Source: Camelus dromedarius (Eukaryota). From it: a stretch of DNA of 64,000 bases. The first letter of the stretch is position 1. Each line of letters starts with the position of its first letter. The position numbers and the translations under genes were made by a program. Shown piece by piece: positions 62,314 through 64,000 of this stretch. The DNA is taken from the NCBI RefSeq assembly GCF_036321535.1, contig NC_087438.1:560001-624000 (forward strand), read 5' to 3'. The notes under the pieces are model-generated. The model was not told the DNA's origin, searched no databases, and was given only the letters and a program-made list of their open reading frames with translations.

Positions 62314-64000
62314 CTGGAAGAGAGCACAGCGGGTGGGTTCCGGGGGCCGCCAGCCCCTCCCCTGTCTCCCCCAGGAGCCGAATCCACAGCGTGGGCCCTG
62401 GGGGCCGCGACGAGGTCGGGGGATGGGAGGGCGAGGAAGGAGACCAGCAAAGCGCACAAGCTTCAGTTACAGGGAAAATGGGAGAAGCAAGAGCAAGAAC
62501 CCTGGCTGCCCAAGAGTGGGAACCACGCCAGCGGGCAGACGGGGGTGCAGGGCTTGGCGCCTCCTCTGTGGGAAGGTGGGCGTGTTGGGGTGAATGGGGA
62601 ACAAGCTGCCCCAGGCTCTGTTCACTGCACCCGCAGCCCAGATAGAGCCTCCGGAAACCAGACATGAGGGAAACGAGACAGAGAGGAATCCTTAGGGTCC
62701 AGCCATCGTTCCCAAAACATCAGGAAGTACAGAAACACCAAGTCCAGACAGAAGTCTACAGCATCTTGCCCACTTGGTGGGAGCGACCAAGGGACCCGGA
62801 GCTCAGAGAAGGCACACTCCGGAGTCACCCCTCCCCAAAGGGCCGCCCAACGCGGGGTGACGTCGGGGAGGGCGCCTGACTCAAACATCTTCCGCAACCT
62901 GGAAAGGCCACAGCCAAGCAAACCAGCCCAGAGGAAAGCTCGGGGACAAGGCCAGGGGCCTGCCCGGCCTGCCCAGCGCCAGCGCGACACCGCAGCTGGG
63001 CAGCACACCCGTGCCCAGCAGGTGATAAAAGCTGCTGTGGGTCTGCAGCCTGCACGCAGGGCAGGCGTGCACGGTCCTGGGGGCTTTTATCCGCACAACA
63101 GGCGGCAGCAGCGCCAGCTCTGCTTCATGGTCTCAGGGAGCGCGAGACACCGGATGCAACCCCTCCTGTCTGAGCGGCAGCAGGGCCCCCGCCCGGCCTC
63201 AGGCCCAGCTCGTGCAGGGCTGTTCTCTGTCCAGTGGCTGAGATGACCTTGAGTTGTCCTGAAAGGCCGGATGGGGCCTCCAACCCTCTCATAAAAGGCA
63301 GCTTTGAGGGTCAATCTGACCCGGTCACAAGGCCCATGATGCCAGGGCCACCCGGGCCCTGGAAAAGGTGCCTCTTGGGGGACCAGCACCTCACCTCTGT
63401 GCCAGCTGGTCAGACAGACATGCAGGGGGCTTCCGCCCTCTCACCCCAGGGGACCGACACTCAGTCCTAAGTGGGGCTCCGGTTCATCCCCACCAAACCC
63501 ACCCAGCTGGCCACACAGCAGTTGTGCTGAGGGTTATGGGCAGCAGCTGGGTCCCTCCTGGGGCAGAAGCCCAGCTGTGGCACCTGGTCCCAGGTCACCG
63601 GGGACGGAGGCCGGGCAGCTGCCTGCCCCAGGGCAGGTACTTTAGGCCCTGCCCTGCCCATGCTGTGTGCTGTGTGCAGATTCCACAGCCTGGACAGGGC
63701 TCACAGCACAACTTACAGCAGCAGTGTGGGCTGCATTTCCATCTGTGCGTGAGGAAGGCTATGGGGAGACCCGGCAGTGGGCTGGGGCCACGGGCAGAGG
63801 CCGGGGGTCGGTCCTGGGAGCTTTTCCCCAGAGCAGGGCAGGGCTCCCCTGGGACACGATCTCCGACAGACAGACAGAGGGACAGACATGCAGCACAGGG
63901 ACAGCCTGTGGCTCCCATGGTCCAGAGCCAGAGCAAGAGCCTGAAACCCCAGAAATGTGCCCGGAAGCAGTTCACCCACAACCACGGCAGTGGTCACCTC

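Overview
GC-rich mammalian genomic DNA holding two convergent protein-coding genes. NKD2 (naked cuticle homolog 2) is complete on the + strand: 10 coding exons, 8521-35366, 463 aa, with a CpG-island promoter and a poly(A) signal at 36339. SLC12A7 (K-Cl cotransporter KCC4) is on the - strand and 5'-truncated by the window: 21 constitutive coding exons, 62313-42762, 969 aa, poly(A) signal at 41135-41140. This is the same tail-to-tail arrangement as human 5p15.33. All exon boundaries were read by hand and keep frame. The rest is intron or intergenic DNA with old L1, L2, MaLR, ERVL and ERV1 LTR and hAT remnants; I saw no Alu or young tRNA-SINE. One LTR looks cetartiodactyl-type (tentative). I found no wholly new biological system. 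The most notable items are: a 15-nt in-frame SLC12A7 microexon (EWGNL) missed by the ORF track; two U12 minor-spliceosome introns; a degenerate NKD2 EF-hand loop within an apparent window-wide AT->GC bias; a 25x30-bp minisatellite whose units mimic 3' splice sites; and two NKD2 introns that are in frame and stop-free. Comparisons to orthologues and repeat consensus sequences are from memory and need alignment checks.
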